Below, piece by piece: positions 36,857 to 50,149 of a DNA stretch of 64,000 bases. Within the stretch, counting starts at the first letter, position 1. Every line of letters begins with the position of its first letter. The stretch is from Lophium mytilinum. Taxonomy: Eukaryota. The translations under genes and the position numbers were made by a program. Location of the stretch: contig MU004181.1 in NCBI GenBank assembly GCA_010093605.1, forward strand, positions 248,001 through 312,000, read 5' to 3'. The notes below the pieces were generated by a model. That model had not been told where the DNA came from. It ran no database searches and was given only the letters and a program-made list of their open reading frames with translations.

Positions 36857-37871
36857 ATGGCGTCTGCAGCTGCCGCCCAGCCGGCTGAAAATGCGCAGTC
36901 TTCCAATCAAACTCAAGAGGTTTGTACCCCTTTCTAATGCCGACTCCCGCTTGCCCGTATGCTAACATTACAAACAGGCGCCGAAACCTTTGACGTTCCG
37001 TGGCCTCCCCGGAGAAATGCGCAACATGGTCTATATCAGCCTCGTGGAAGGAGCCGTGATCAAGTACTCCTATAATCTCCGTCGCGGTCCCTTCCGGTTG
37101 ATCAGCGAAATCCCCAAGAACCCAAAACTTCGAGCCACGCTCGCTACCCTTGCTGAAGTGGACGAGGACCTTGGAAACGAGGCTATGGGACTATTCACGG
37201 AGCTGTCACGCCCAGAGTTCGAGAACATTCATCAGATGTCGTTGATTTACGACGCCGAAGGACCCAGAACTGAGTTGGAAACGTACCAGTGGAAGGACAA
37301 TGTTCGGGTCGTCGGGTTCTCCAAGCTGGAGCCGGGCCGCCACGCTGGCTTCGGGAAGCTCGTGGATATGGTGAAGAATATGCCACTCCTCCGCGAGGTA
37401 GCCATCGTGCCTTCGAAGGTCCCACAGAACAGCAACCCGGAGCCAGACGCGTTCTACAACCAACAGCGCTGGTTTATCCGGCGCATTCTGGCCAAGAAGG
37501 ACAATGTGATGCTCTTCCGGGAAATGAAAAAGGCTCGGCATGAAGGGGAAGAGCGGGCGAGGGTGACCTTCCGCGCCGATTGGGACGACGCCTTCGAAGC
37601 GCACGAGAATAATCGTCCAAAATGCCGTAAACTTGCTGCTAGCGGAGGTAGACTGACTGCCGAAGTTCGTTTGAGGCAGACGGAGGAGCTTCGGGTCTAC
37701 TTCGACGAGCAACTTGATCAGGCTTTGGATGGACTCTTCAGGGAGAACGTTGAGCGGGACACGCGGCATGTGGTGAAACTCAATGCAGATCTGGCGAAGC
37801 TTCAGGCAGATATTGCTGTCGCCGAAAAGGAACGTATCGATGAAGAGACCCTTTGGGCCTCCAACGCCTAG
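36857..37871 (+). CDS. F-box/2EXR-like family member D, 318 aa, exons 36857-36919 and 36978-37871
   Basis: CAAAATGG start, phase-0 intron GTTTGT..GCTAAC..CAG, then APKPLTFRGLPGEMRNMVYISL. Confidence 0.9.
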
Positions 37872-38432
37872 CCAGAGACCAAGATCAACAAGTCGTGCTG
37901 CGCCACATGCTCACGAGAGCGGCTTCATCCCCGGTCCTGTGGGCGTGTGTCTTTTACTGTTTTCGCGATTGCGTGGGCTGATGCAACAATTGAGACATTC
38001 CGTAGATTTGTAGGAATTATCGAACGTCCCTGGAAGTCTTTCTATTACATGCTAGGGTTACTCCTTTTCAGTAATTGGTATTTGATCTCAACTAAGCGGC
38101 CAGTATGGGCAGGTAGACTGTGAACGAGGTTCTCTTTCAATGAATGGGAAAGATTATCGGAATGCTAGATAGATCGTAGTAGAGTTCTAGTCTTTCTTCC
38201 AAAATGCAACTGATTCGCGCCATTGGAACATGAAGATGGAAGCATGGATATCAAACTCCTAGATTTCCACTATTGCCCTCTCGATGCACTATGAGGAGGG
38301 CTCCAGACACTAAATCGGAAAGAGGGTATTATAGCTCAGGTCTGATTTGATTGACCCGTGCCATCCCAACGTTGCGGTTATTTTGGGCATTTGATTGGGA
38401 TCGAAGGAAACGATTCCGCGGCCTGGGGTGGC

Positions 38433-39665
38433 TCAACAGTCCCACCACATCAAAACACAGTGCGAATTGATCGATCGATAATACATAACAATGCTCGTGA
38501 CTCGTATTCCCATTTCATCATGCCCACAAATAAACCAGTAGGACGACAAGATGGCTAAATACCCAACAGTCTTGCTGATGCTTCTCAATATCGATGAACT
38601 CACTTCTATGATTTGGCGTCGCCGCTGGATGTAAGCCTCCGCCAACGGGGTCCGCTCCTCCAAGTTTGGGACCTCTTCAACCACAGCTATCGAATTGTTC
38701 CGCTGTTCTCACATTCGAGACTCTGCCATCGACTTACAGTCAGTGTCAGCTGAGGAGACAACTCGTTATCATGATGCCTACTACTGCCTTAAAACTGCCA
38801 GAAGCATGTAGTTCCCTGGTGTGGCGTTCCTACAGCAACGTATCACGGGTGCTCGGCTAAATGACGTCTTTCCAATATTCAACGCGCTTCGCCGTCCTAA
38901 CCGCGACCTTAGCTCTTCCTCGATCCTCTACACAAGCAACACCAGCCCACCAACACCGCCGCACCAGCTCTTCGAGCCGTGGACCTCGTAAGTAAAACAC
39001 TCTTTGATCCTCGTTCTCCGCGAGCACTATTTCGAAAAAATGATGAGCTTGGCTTGACTCAAGAGAGTCATTCTGGAACGCTGATGGGGTCGTTCTGACA
39101 CTTCCCAAAAGCTATACTGTTGGAAACCCGATCTGATCCTGGCACTGCATCTGCTTCCTCTTTTTCTCATCTTTTTCAAAGCCAGGACACTAACGTCTTT
39201 CTCAGCCGCCTTCGCCGTCGCTAACCATGCCGCCAACTTCGCATGGTTGTGTTCTTAGTCTCGACCTCGCCACACCATCCTCCACAAACGAACACACCGC
39301 ACCAGTCTTTCAAACCGTCAACCTTGTAGGTAAAGTCGCTTTCATCCTCGCTCCCCACAAAATACGCTTTTTTTTGGAAATGATGAGTTTCACGTTAATC
39401 CATTCCTGATACGCCGTTGGGACGAGTCGTTCTGACTCGCCCTAATAGCTATGTGGATCGAAACGGCAATCTGATCTACGCTACATACTGCTCCTTTTTG
39501 TGTCGTTTTCCTCCAAGCTTGGTGGCTAACATCTTTTGAAGCCGCCGTCGCTGTCACCAACAATACCGCCAACTTCGCATGTCTCGCTGCGACTACAGTA
39601 ATCACTATGCCGGTCAAGGCAACCTCTGTGGATCTGAAAGCGACGGACTCGACTTCAATCGGCAT
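38433..39665 (-). pseudogene. Decayed gene with an internal duplication
   Basis: Several short protein-like minus-strand ORFs; segments 39190-39245 and 39526-39581 match at 46/56 nt (HAKLAAWLATAKAAEKDVS vs HAKLAVLLVTATAASKDVS). Confidence 0.4.
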
Positions 39666-40239
39666 AATCAGTCCTGATCCCGTCCGCCGCGTAACTCCAT
39701 ATTCGATTCATGGTCGGGCCCGTAAATCTCTCATAACGTGGCAAGTGGGCTACGAATGGGCTCAACTATCAGACTGACTCGGGGATAGCACCGTCAAGCA
39801 CAATACCAAGTCCACGGCTTTCTCTTTCCCGGTCGGTAAACGAACGAGCGACCCTGCACCTCCCTCCTGACCTGCTCCCTCTCCGCCTCTATGTGGCTAA
39901 GCTACACATCTCTCCTTCACCCCAAACACGAGTTAGTATACATCAATTCATGGGCCGACGCTCTGGGCGTCTTTGGTAACCCATACTACGTCAACATCAT
40001 TGAGCTCAAGACGTACTCCTGCTCCGCCTGGCCACACTCGACACAGTCGTATCGAAGTGCTCAAACAATCCTCCTCATCGCCGAACAAGCACCCATCGCC
40101 CAGATATCTCCGTGTCATCTACCGTCGTAGGCGGTACACATATTGATGCATCGAAGTCGGGCAGTGTGATTCATATCTCGAGGCCCGGGTGGCTGTGTGC
40201 ACCACTAGCCAGGTCTCTTACGCTAAGGCAGTATGTTAT

Positions 40240-40640
40240 CATCCCACCCTCAGGTCCATGGCTTTCTACCAGAGTCAGCAGAGGCATCGAGCAGACACGC
40301 ACTGAAGTCTGCTCCTCGGCAGTACGGAAGCTATCATCTCCATGAGTCGGGCATGAAACGGCGAAAAGGTCAGTCCGGTCAGCTCTTTTTGTTTTCCGCT
40401 TTAATCCACATGATGACCCTTGCCAGTTATGCTGATTTTATGTTGAGAACTATCCTGTACAGAAATCTGAAAAAACGATCATATTGCTCTTGTTCTTTTG
40501 AATCCGCACGGACAAAGCTAACCTTCAACGACATACTCAGCAAGGTGGGACTTGCGCCGTGATCCCGGGAAAGGCTTGAGCAGACCCGTACCTCGATCTT
40601 CTCCCTGGAAATATGAAAATGTCCGTCTCTTCACGGTGGT
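40240..40640 (+). repeat. Degenerate duplicated exon-like unit, period about 289 bp
   Basis: GAGCAGAC cores at 40289 and 40578 (RGIEQTRTEV vs KGLEQTRTSI), each preceded by an acceptor-like CTCAG. Confidence 0.5.
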
Positions 40641-43600
40641 GGTCACTATCCTAAGGAAATGAATCCGAGCCGGCGGTAAGTCTCACACCCTCTCCCTAGT
40701 GCGACCAGTGTTTCAGATGATTAAGATCTGTCACCAACACTATCCTCGAGGGACTCGCTTATGCTTTGTGCCCGTTGAAGAACGACCTTTTCAATATTGA
40801 GCATACAAATCCTGATGAAACATCATCATTACGGGAATGTCCGATGTCGTAGCTGGCCCGGGGGTACAGGAGGAAGGAAACAGACAAGATATTACAAGAA
40901 CAACTCATCTCAAGCTGGGGTGCGCTGCTTTTGCGCGATGGCGGACAGGTCGGACTTCCCGCCTCCATTCCTTCTCTCGACGAGCTCCGCACTCTCACCG
41001 CCATTGCACCAGCCAAAAGTCGCGAGTTGGTGCTAAGGCAGGTAGTCGCGCTTCAGAGTGTATTCAATATCAGGACCTGGTATCCTAGAACAGGTATAAT
41101 TGACATTGCCGGGGTAAAAAGCAGGAAAGATCACTCGGGCTGAAACCGTTCACACAATCAGGGAAAGACTATACGATATCGTTTCGAGGCCAAGCTGACG
41201 CCACCAGTAGAAACCCAGGCCCGCTGATTCTAGACAGCCACTGAGCATCTGGTTGAGCGCTTTGACGTAAGTAAAGCTACGTCTAAAAAGGTCGGTCTCT
41301 CTTCTCTCTTTCTTCCGTTGCGCTGGCATCCAATGATGATACCTGGAAAACAAACCTTCAATGACATTCAGATTGACTGAATCTATCATGTTGACACTCA
41401 TACTTGGTTTAATCTGATGGCCCTTTTTCTTCCGCTTTGGCACATACTGTTGTCCCAATTACGCTGACCTCCCACCCCAATCCAGGGTCGTGATTTTGAA
41501 GCGCCAAGGTCTATACCTCGGCCACACCTTTCGAGGGACTTTTTCTGAACTGCAGGGCATTAATCTCCTTTTTTTGCGGCCAGCCCTCAGCAATACCGGC
41601 CATTGTGGGACTCGGCGACAAAGTAAGCTTCCACTTCCGTTTCATCACTCCTTTGACGTTTCCTATGATTATGGAAAACTACATATTTAAATCCGAGAGA
41701 TGCTGCTCTTGAATAATGCATGTCTCAGCGAGGACAGCGTTGGCTTCCATGCCAGTATGAGGAACTGCTCTATCACACTACCTGTACGAAACCGAGCATC
41801 TTGAACTCAGCTGACCATATCTTTCAGGAAAATGGGAGTGGCATCGTATGGCCATAGCGCAACTTCGTAGGTTGAAGTCTATGAGGTCATTTTCAGCATG
41901 TAGGACACTCTCCCAGTCTACCTAGGTAGTTTTGACCTGTTCTCTGTCACCAATCCCCCACTAGCCCCTTATCATCTGGCTTTTCGATGGTGTAGAAATA
42001 AAGGAACCCGTCTTGTCGGCTTCTTTGGCGGAATAGATGACGCAGAAGAGGGTTGATCTCTAGAACTACCTATCACGACGTTTGAAACGTGTAGCCAGTC
42101 GATGGAGGAACTGTCTGTGATGGCCGAAAGTACTTTAATCTCTCCAGTCTTAGCTAGCTAAACCCTATGTTTGCTACCAATCTATTTTTTTGTACCGCAG
42201 GAATAAAAAAGGGTAGTCGCCTTTCTTACGTCATCATTCTGGTGTGATACGAAGACGGAACCTCGAAATTCTCCACTTGAGAAGGTAGAGCGATCGTGTA
42301 GTAGAGTCGCTGTGCGCAACAGGCATTCTTGTGTATGATCTTGAGGGGAACCCAGAGAGAAGGTCGATAGGTAGAATTTACGTACAAAGAAGACTAAGAC
42401 TTTTCTCATGGCAGTGCTTTGCGTCGGATTTGGAGCCTTGTAAATCGAAACAAAACGTTTTCATGGCCCACCAACTTGCGTCTCGAAAAGCTCGCGTGCA
42501 AGTTCTCCTTTGCCAGCTGGCCGCGGGACGGTTATTGCATTGATAGACCTTTTTCGCTGCTGCGACAGCCGAGCCTTGTGTTCCTTCTCAACTGGGTCGT
42601 ATGCTCCATCCATCGCAACGGGGAACGGCTGCTACGTGCTGGTGCGGCGAGCGCCATGAAACATCCCTCCAGGTACGGGTCGTGCAAACCCCCTGTTCTC
42701 CGACCACCCGCAGCCACCTTTTGACCAACCTCAATCCCAAATCAGCTCCCTCTGACGACCGCGCTGCCAATAGTTCTCTGTGTGCTCCGCAACTCATAAT
42801 GCGCTCCAGTATATCCCCTCACGATATCCTCCCTTCGAACAAGACTAATGACGACCTAGAGCGTCCTTCAGCCACTCGCAGCGCGCACCCGCCCGAAGTA
42901 ACTATTCCTCCCTGCGTTCGGAACGGGAGTAGCACTCCCCGTTCGACGGCAAGGTCCGTGGCCTGTGTCCACACAAGAAACGTCCGCATAACTCGACTTT
43001 CATCGTCCTCTTAATCAAATCAACGTGAAGGCCACGCCGGACTCAGACATCGCCCTACTCCCTCCCGGAAAGCGAGAAGCCTGTACACCCCTGTCGTCTC
43101 CGGTTCCTACCGCGTTCTAGCTGCAGCACGAGTGCTATCATCCCCTTAAATGGATTAATCTTGCCATCGACCCAAGCGGCGACGAAGCCGGCCGACGCTG
43201 ACCACAGTTGGGGGATGCCGAAACACAGAAGAAAAGTACCAGAGATGGTCATCTACTGAGTGCAGATGTATGCGCGCTCCCATAGTTGCGGTCGGATATC
43301 TTTAGCACCGTCAAGCTGGGAGCGGTTGCTGCATTCTTCACCCTCTCTACAGTTGAGAAGCCACCGTTTTTGAGGGTATCAGCCACTCACAAAGTCGGAC
43401 GCCATATTCCCTGTTGAATACGCAAGCAACTACGAAGCATAAGCCTTTAAGTTGATGCAACTGTGGATACTGAAGGGAATGGCCAAGCCAACGGAGAAGC
43501 CCTATTGAACTGGCTGTCCTAGAAAGTTGGTGATGAGGGGAGTGCGGAGATGCATCTAGTCCATAACGCCGAGCTAATCACGTCTTCTTAGGCTCACGAT

Positions 43601-43898
43601 GAGAATCTAGAAGTTCCCCCTCCTCACGATACTAACTAAGACTAGGACCTGCTACGCTTACGAGGAAAGGCCAAGCGGGAGCGGTTCCAAACGACTGATC
43701 AAAAAGTGCTGGTCCGGAGGCTGGGTTGCTCCGAGAAATATTTCCAGATATGTGAAGATTCTCGCCGGTGGATTGAATGTCAATATCTCTGCTTTCTAGC
43801 GCATTCCTCGTTGTTTGAGACAGAACCGGAATGTTGAGATGAAGTTCCAAGGCGCGATCAATCTCTTGGGTAAGCAGGAGGGGACTCAAAAAGCAGGA

Positions 43899-44190
43899 TA
43901 CTTCCCGATGACGGCAGCTTCTGCTTTTGATTGAGCCGCTTTCATTTGCGGACATCATGACCTTCCAGCAACATATTCTTAGGGCTGGCGAGAATACAAC
44001 TTCCTGATGACAATAGACTCTACTTTGGGCTAAGTCACATTCATTCCTAGATATCATGATCTTTCCGCCGCAGATTCGACAAGTGAAAGGCCTAGACGAC
44101 TTCCCGATGACAATAGCATCTACACTAAGCTATGCAGCAGCGATCTGAGGATATTACGACCTTCCAGCAGCATATCTTAGGGGCCATGAA
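43899..44190. repeat. Degenerate tandem repeat, 3 units of 99-100 bp
   Basis: CTTCCYGATGAC at 43901, 44000 and 44100, each followed about 55 nt later by a GAYCTTYCMGC-like block. Confidence 0.8.
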
Positions 44191-45260
44191 CAAGGCTGGA
44201 GCCCCTTGATGAGAGCTGGGACCTGGACAGGTGCTGGAATTGGGATATGGCGTAGGGTACTACCGCTGGGCGCTCTACACAAAAATCTTCAGTCTCTTTT
44301 GGTGGGCGAGTTCCTTTTCAGAGGCGGCAAAAGTAAAAACCACGGATGGTTTGGGTTCCCCTGAAAAGAGCGTATGGTAAAAGAGGTTTATTAGAAAATC
44401 GCGGCTTTCAACGTAATCAAGAGCTGATTAACAATTGACAACAGCTAGCACGCGGAGGAAATTAGCAACAGGAACACAGTAAGGGTGGAGTTGGTAGAGA
44501 CGAGAAAACACGTCCGGCTCCAACATAGTAGTAAATTCATCGCGCCCAGTCATATGAACACCGCGTTATCCGTTATGCTTAGAGGACGCGTGAACGGCGA
44601 GGCTCGATGTTGAGGAGCAAGGGGACCTTCAGCATATAGCCTCCAGGCAGTGAGAGACGAGTCACATTTACATACAATGCAGGAAAAGAAAATTTAAATA
44701 CGTCGAACCCTTGAAGCGGCACGCAAGATCTAGCGGCTATCCGATTGGGTATGATTCTCTCTGGTGGCAACGAAGATACGCATCCTCCACCCTGCGACTG
44801 TTCCCGTACTTTCTGGAAGGATCAAACCTCAACCTCCACTTTTCTCTACGCCATTCACTTCCCGAAATGTTCGCACGAGGTGGGCCTCTAAGACGACAAG
44901 TTTGGAGAGCGGGAGGGCCCGTGAAGGGAAAGGTGGACTAGCCCGCGCGAGATTCAGCCCAGGTTACTGGGAGCTGGCTTTGACAGCTATGGTGGTCAGG
45001 ATATTCGCGGTATCCTCTTCATGCAACTGCTAGTGAACTCAAATACGACTTTTGCGGTCGACAAAGACGCCAGTGAGAAATGATAACTTCGAGCTGGAGG
45101 AACCAGCACTGGAAAAGGAATACAACCCATTGGCCTGGTATAGACCTTATTGGCGCCTTGGATATGGATGGAACAGATCTGGTTTAAAGACGGGGCTATC
45201 GGCACGTAGAGAATAGTGATATACTCTCTAAAAGAAATCGGTTATATCGGCTATAATAAA

Positions 45261-46081
45261 GGGGGCTAGTACTAGTACCCCCCCTAATTAGTGCGAGTAC
45301 ACCCCCTTTTTAGTGCGCGTACACCCCCCATCTCGTCCAGTCTTCTGATTGGCCCGGAGGGGTCCTCCAAGGCCTCCGATTCGCTCGCTTAACTCGCTCA
45401 CGAACTCCAAGTGCTCTCTCCAAGTGCGGCCTGGCCACAAACAATTACATCCTCATCCTTATCCTCTACCTCTATAATACGCTCACCATGAACCTTCCAG
45501 CCGCCGCCGTAAGCCTTAGCCTCAGCCTACTCCTCAGCCTCAGGGCAGCGCCTGCGCTGCTTCCTCTTAAGAAGCTCTAACGTTAGATGGCATTGCACGA
45601 TTAGCATATGGAGGCTTTAATGGATCAGGATAGCTAGGGGGGCGCAGGGGCGATGTAGGGGGGCCAGGTTTGATGCGGAGAGGCCGTAACAAGGTAAGGA
45701 TTTGACTGTTTTGGCATACTTATAGGCACGTAGGCACGTAGGTAGCAATACAACGGCCTATATTCACTATAGGAAACGGGAAGTATATATAGTAAAACGG
45801 GTATGCTGCACAGCTTTGCCATAACTACGGCCTTATGTACGGCCTTACGCACGGCCTATATATATAACCTTATCTACGGCCTTACGCGCAGCTGAGTATA
45901 GTCTGTTAAACGGTAAAAATGCACGATGAAATGGGAAGGCTGTACAGCCTTACCATGAAGCGCCGGAGGAGTGTTCCGAGCCCTCCGGGCCAATTAGAAG
46001 ACTGGACGAGATGGGGGGTGTACGCGCACTAAAAAGGGGGTGTATAGCTACTAATTAGGGGGGGTACCAGTACTAGCCCCC
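45261..46081. mobile_element. Non-autonomous DNA transposon (MITE-like), 821 bp
   Basis: 101-bp terminal inverted repeats (45261-45361 and 45981-46081) starting GGGGGCTAGTACT; 8-bp target-site duplication ATAATAAA (45253-45260 and 46082-46089); no transposase ORF; TpA-rich interior. Confidence 0.95.
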
Positions 46082-49000
46082 ATAATAAAAATAGATTGTG
46101 CATTGATTCCCATGGAGAAAGGCCGTCTTGTCGGTGAATTAAGCCCGGATTATTGTGGGCACACAATCTCCTGTTCTACAAGCCGGGATACCGCAGAGGT
46201 CTCTGCTACAAGAACGCTCTCGTGGACCTTCGGGATGTCAGTGAGCACTCGGTCGGAAGGCGGAGAACAAAAAACATGGAACTCCTCCCACGACGACGCT
46301 TATTGGCCATTGAGCATCGATGACGTGAATGCAGCCTCGAAGGTCGTTGCCTGGAAGCGCCACAAAGTGCTAGGACACTAGCGTCGACGAATTTTCTAGA
46401 GGGTATATCTTTCACGTCTGCGTCTCAGAGGAACAGCAGAGGGGAAGTTGCGACCTCATCGCTGCAACACGAACCGGAAGCCGGAGAAATGGTGGCTTGG
46501 GTGATCAAAAAGGAATGACAGTGGGATTCTATGGTGCTGGGGTCGAGCGCGTGGCTTTTGCAAAACTGTTCGACCTGAAAACCCATGATTGGGGAGTAGA
46601 GGGACACGAAGTTTTGATGCTGATAGCCAACGAGTACTCCTGATGCTGCAGAACTACGCGTAGGGCATGATGGGGCTATCCGCCATAGCCACACTCTGGT
46701 CTGTGGGCCACAGCGAGGTACAAGGTATCATCGCTTTTAAGTATCGGGCTTCATCATCACCAATGTCTAGCCTCTTCATGGAATCTGGACCTGAGCTATT
46801 CTGCCCACCGGCCATCAATCCTCTCAGTGCCAACCCCGCCCAATCATGAATACGTCCTTCATGATCTGTTGATAGCCACCCACCCAACAGCTCTGACATC
46901 CGAATCAATGGAGAGGAAGAGACCTTTTATATTGCGTTACAGGAGAAACTTCTATGACTAAGTGTTGGCACTAGCTAGGGGTTCCAGAATACGCCTGCGG
47001 AAAGCGCTTGTAGACACGGCACCGGCAGTCTCAAGTTCCGTTCCAAAGGGCTGGCGCCGTGGAGGAAAAGCCGTCACCTTACACAAGTCCCGTGTTCTAG
47101 ACACCCTTCACCATTCGGCGCCCTTTTCAGCACAGCACAGATGGAGCGAGGCACCGAGAGGTCCAATAGGGACTTCCGGCGGTGATATTGAGCTGGGGGT
47201 TTAAGGCTGTGGAGGTCGCTTCAGGGGCCTTTCTTGATGTCCAATTTGTAACGGAAGACAATCAAGTTCAGCTTCTCCTTCGCATATCATGCTCCAGCGT
47301 GTAAAGCGGGGCCGCAGTGTGAATTGCGATGAAGATCTCGCGCTTTTGATCGTGGCCAAGATACCGTTTGCCACCCCTCCAGTTGGCCGCCTGACCTGAG
47401 AGTCGGCATGAACATCACCTCCGCGCGTTGGTCGCACCGACTAAGCAGGCTTCTCGACCCTCCATCCATACACGCCGACGCAGACTCGGATTGCCGCCGT
47501 CACCTCGATTTCTCTCTGTCGGACATCATCGCACGCCCACATTGCAGCGACGCGCGCGTCCACGGAGCGCCCGCGGCGAGGGTGGGGCGTCGCGCGACCG
47601 GTCGCTCAGAGCGTCAGACTTGTCCACCATTTCCACGTTGGTGAGCATCCTCAGCAGTCACCCGTAATTCTGTACAGTTTTCAATTATATGAGGAAGGCC
47701 TAGATTCCTGGCCATAGACGACCTACCCGCCTCCCACCGGTACCAATCCTCCCAAAAACCATTCCTCTCACGGCCACGTACCACAGCAAGACAGAAGGTG
47801 CATCACATAGATCTTCGAAGACCTCGTGCTCTGAGCAGCAATACCGACGATCAGCACTCACGCGACATCGATAACCAGCTCTGCAATTTCGGCGAATTCG
47901 GCTCAAAAGCTTTCGACATCGACGACCAGAAACCGATGCATGCAGCCGTGGTGAGCAAATCCCAGTGGCTGCTGCGGCCCTCGTCCTACGAGCGGTCAAT
48001 CTTTGTTCCTAGAAGTGCGTCGCTGAAACGCTATGATGGGTGCTCCATATCTGTAGGCGTCGGAAAGCCGCGCATTCAGTACTAGGTCGCAAGTTCGGGC
48101 ATCCCGGCTATACCACTGCACCTGTTTCATTCTTGATTTATCGACACCGCTTTCGAAAGGAGCCCAGCTAACACATCCTCAGTCCTCCAAGATGTATCGA
48201 GCTTTTCATCGCATTTCACGTTTATGACCTCCATCTTCGGACCCAGAACAGCAGGAGAGTGTGGCCCAGCCGAGAACGCAGAAGTCACACCCCGAGACAT
48301 CTTTCCGCGCATATACAGAGGGTCAAGATGATCAAGCGATAGCAAACGAGCAGAAGATGAGGAAGCAACGGGTCTGATCGATGCCTTGCTATGGGGAGAA
48401 CGTGCTCCAAAGGCACTAGGGCTTGCAGCTCGAGTATTACAACCGCGCCCGTGCTGGCAGAGCCATCGTCTCTTGCAGCGAGCTCAGCACCCCACATACG
48501 CCATTGTAATTGTGCTCCATTCATTCAGCCTTATGTTCTCGACAAAGAAAAAGGAATGCGCGCAACATTTATCTCCATCGGACCCTTTTCCGAGTCCGCT
48601 GTCTTTTATTATAGCATGCCCAGCTTCAATAAGGAACGTCACGGTACTCCATACCAGGCGCAGACCGGAGAATGTGAATGTCCTTTCGATGACTAAACGG
48701 TTAGAGTGGGCCTACGATAAGCGGGTTCCAAGCTGATATCTCTTCGAAGCCAGGTCAACCACGAACACGAATTCTCACGATTCGACACGGAATAGTCCAT
48801 TCTACTGGGGCTGGTAAGCAACCGCCAAACTAGAAGGACGCTAACTAGTGGCTAGTAAAGTACATACGAATCGAGCTAAATCAAGCGACATGCTCACATG
48901 TACGGTGGAACCGTGAAAAAATGCTTCGTCGCCCACCATACGCATAACGGGTTTCAAGACCCGATACCCAACAGCAAGCACCAACCATTTCGTTTTTCTT

Positions 49001-50149
49001 CTCAAACTCTTATCGTTCTGATGCGAGTCAACACCGAAAGCTCTTGAGAGCTTCGAAAGGCCTTAAGCTTAGGTTCGGTTGAAATTCTTCCAAGCGGGCC
49101 ACCTTCAAGTGGAACGTTCCACCTTTCAGCTTGAGATCGCCTTACTAGAGCTAGGACGTACTAAAGTAGATGAAACAGTTTCTTGGACAGCATTGATATC
49201 TACTCGAAAGAAGCGGAGTGCGCTCTTATACGACTTCATATCTTAGGAATGCTCAAACCCCTACGATGACGGCGAGTTCGGTACCAGCGACCAGCAGCGG
49301 ACCGCAAACTCTAAAGCTCATTTACTCATATTGCTACCACTCTGTCACAATCATATGCTAATAATTTCTAGAGGATCTGAAGAAGCTCCGTCGCCCAGAG
49401 TGGAGAAGATGCCCAACGTTTACGACATGCAGGCAGAGCAGGCAATGGTACCTACCAACTGATTCTTTGTTGTAGACGCAGCACTGTACTCCCGCCCAGC
49501 ATCACTGGTCAGAACCATCAATCGATTGCCACGCTGGCGGTCTCTTTTACTTTCGGAAATGCGACCCGGAGGACTCTGGCTCTTTGATGCCTGGTGGCTG
49601 CAGCGCACGTGACGCCACCACCAACATGTGCGCAAACCCTGCCAACCGCCATGGCAGACACGACCCATGCTCGACATCATTCCCACACCACGACGACGCA
49701 TTTCCTAGCACTCTCTCGGTCATGTCGCCAAATTCTACGTCACATACATCGTTGTCGCGCACGTACCACCGTGAGCTCCAACCTAACACACCGCATGCCT
49801 CCTCCCAGCCAAGCATCTACAGCAAGCGCACCCTATCCGTACGAGTTGCGCACTGGCATGTAGGACGTTGTCATCGCTATTCTCTTCAAGAAGATGGTGG
49901 TCGTAATAGAGTAAGACAAGCCTCGCCAATCGCCACGCTGCCGTCCGAGCGATCCCTGGTCCGGCCCGCGCCGCGCGAAAGCTTATTTCGACCTCAGAAT
50001 GGCGACGACACGTCCCTAGCGACTGCGACGGCGGCGGCGACGAGCTTGGAAATCGCGGAGGTTTTGGAAAGACCTTTTGGGGCAATTTTGAGTCAAATCT
50101 GGGATTAAAGGAGGGAAACTGAAAATTTTCATTTCGGCAAGGAATCTGG

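Noticed and set aside
35700..37769. Long antisense ORFs (35700..36365, 37206..37769; similarly 32496..32867)
   Set aside because: Shadow frames of codon-biased plus-strand genes.
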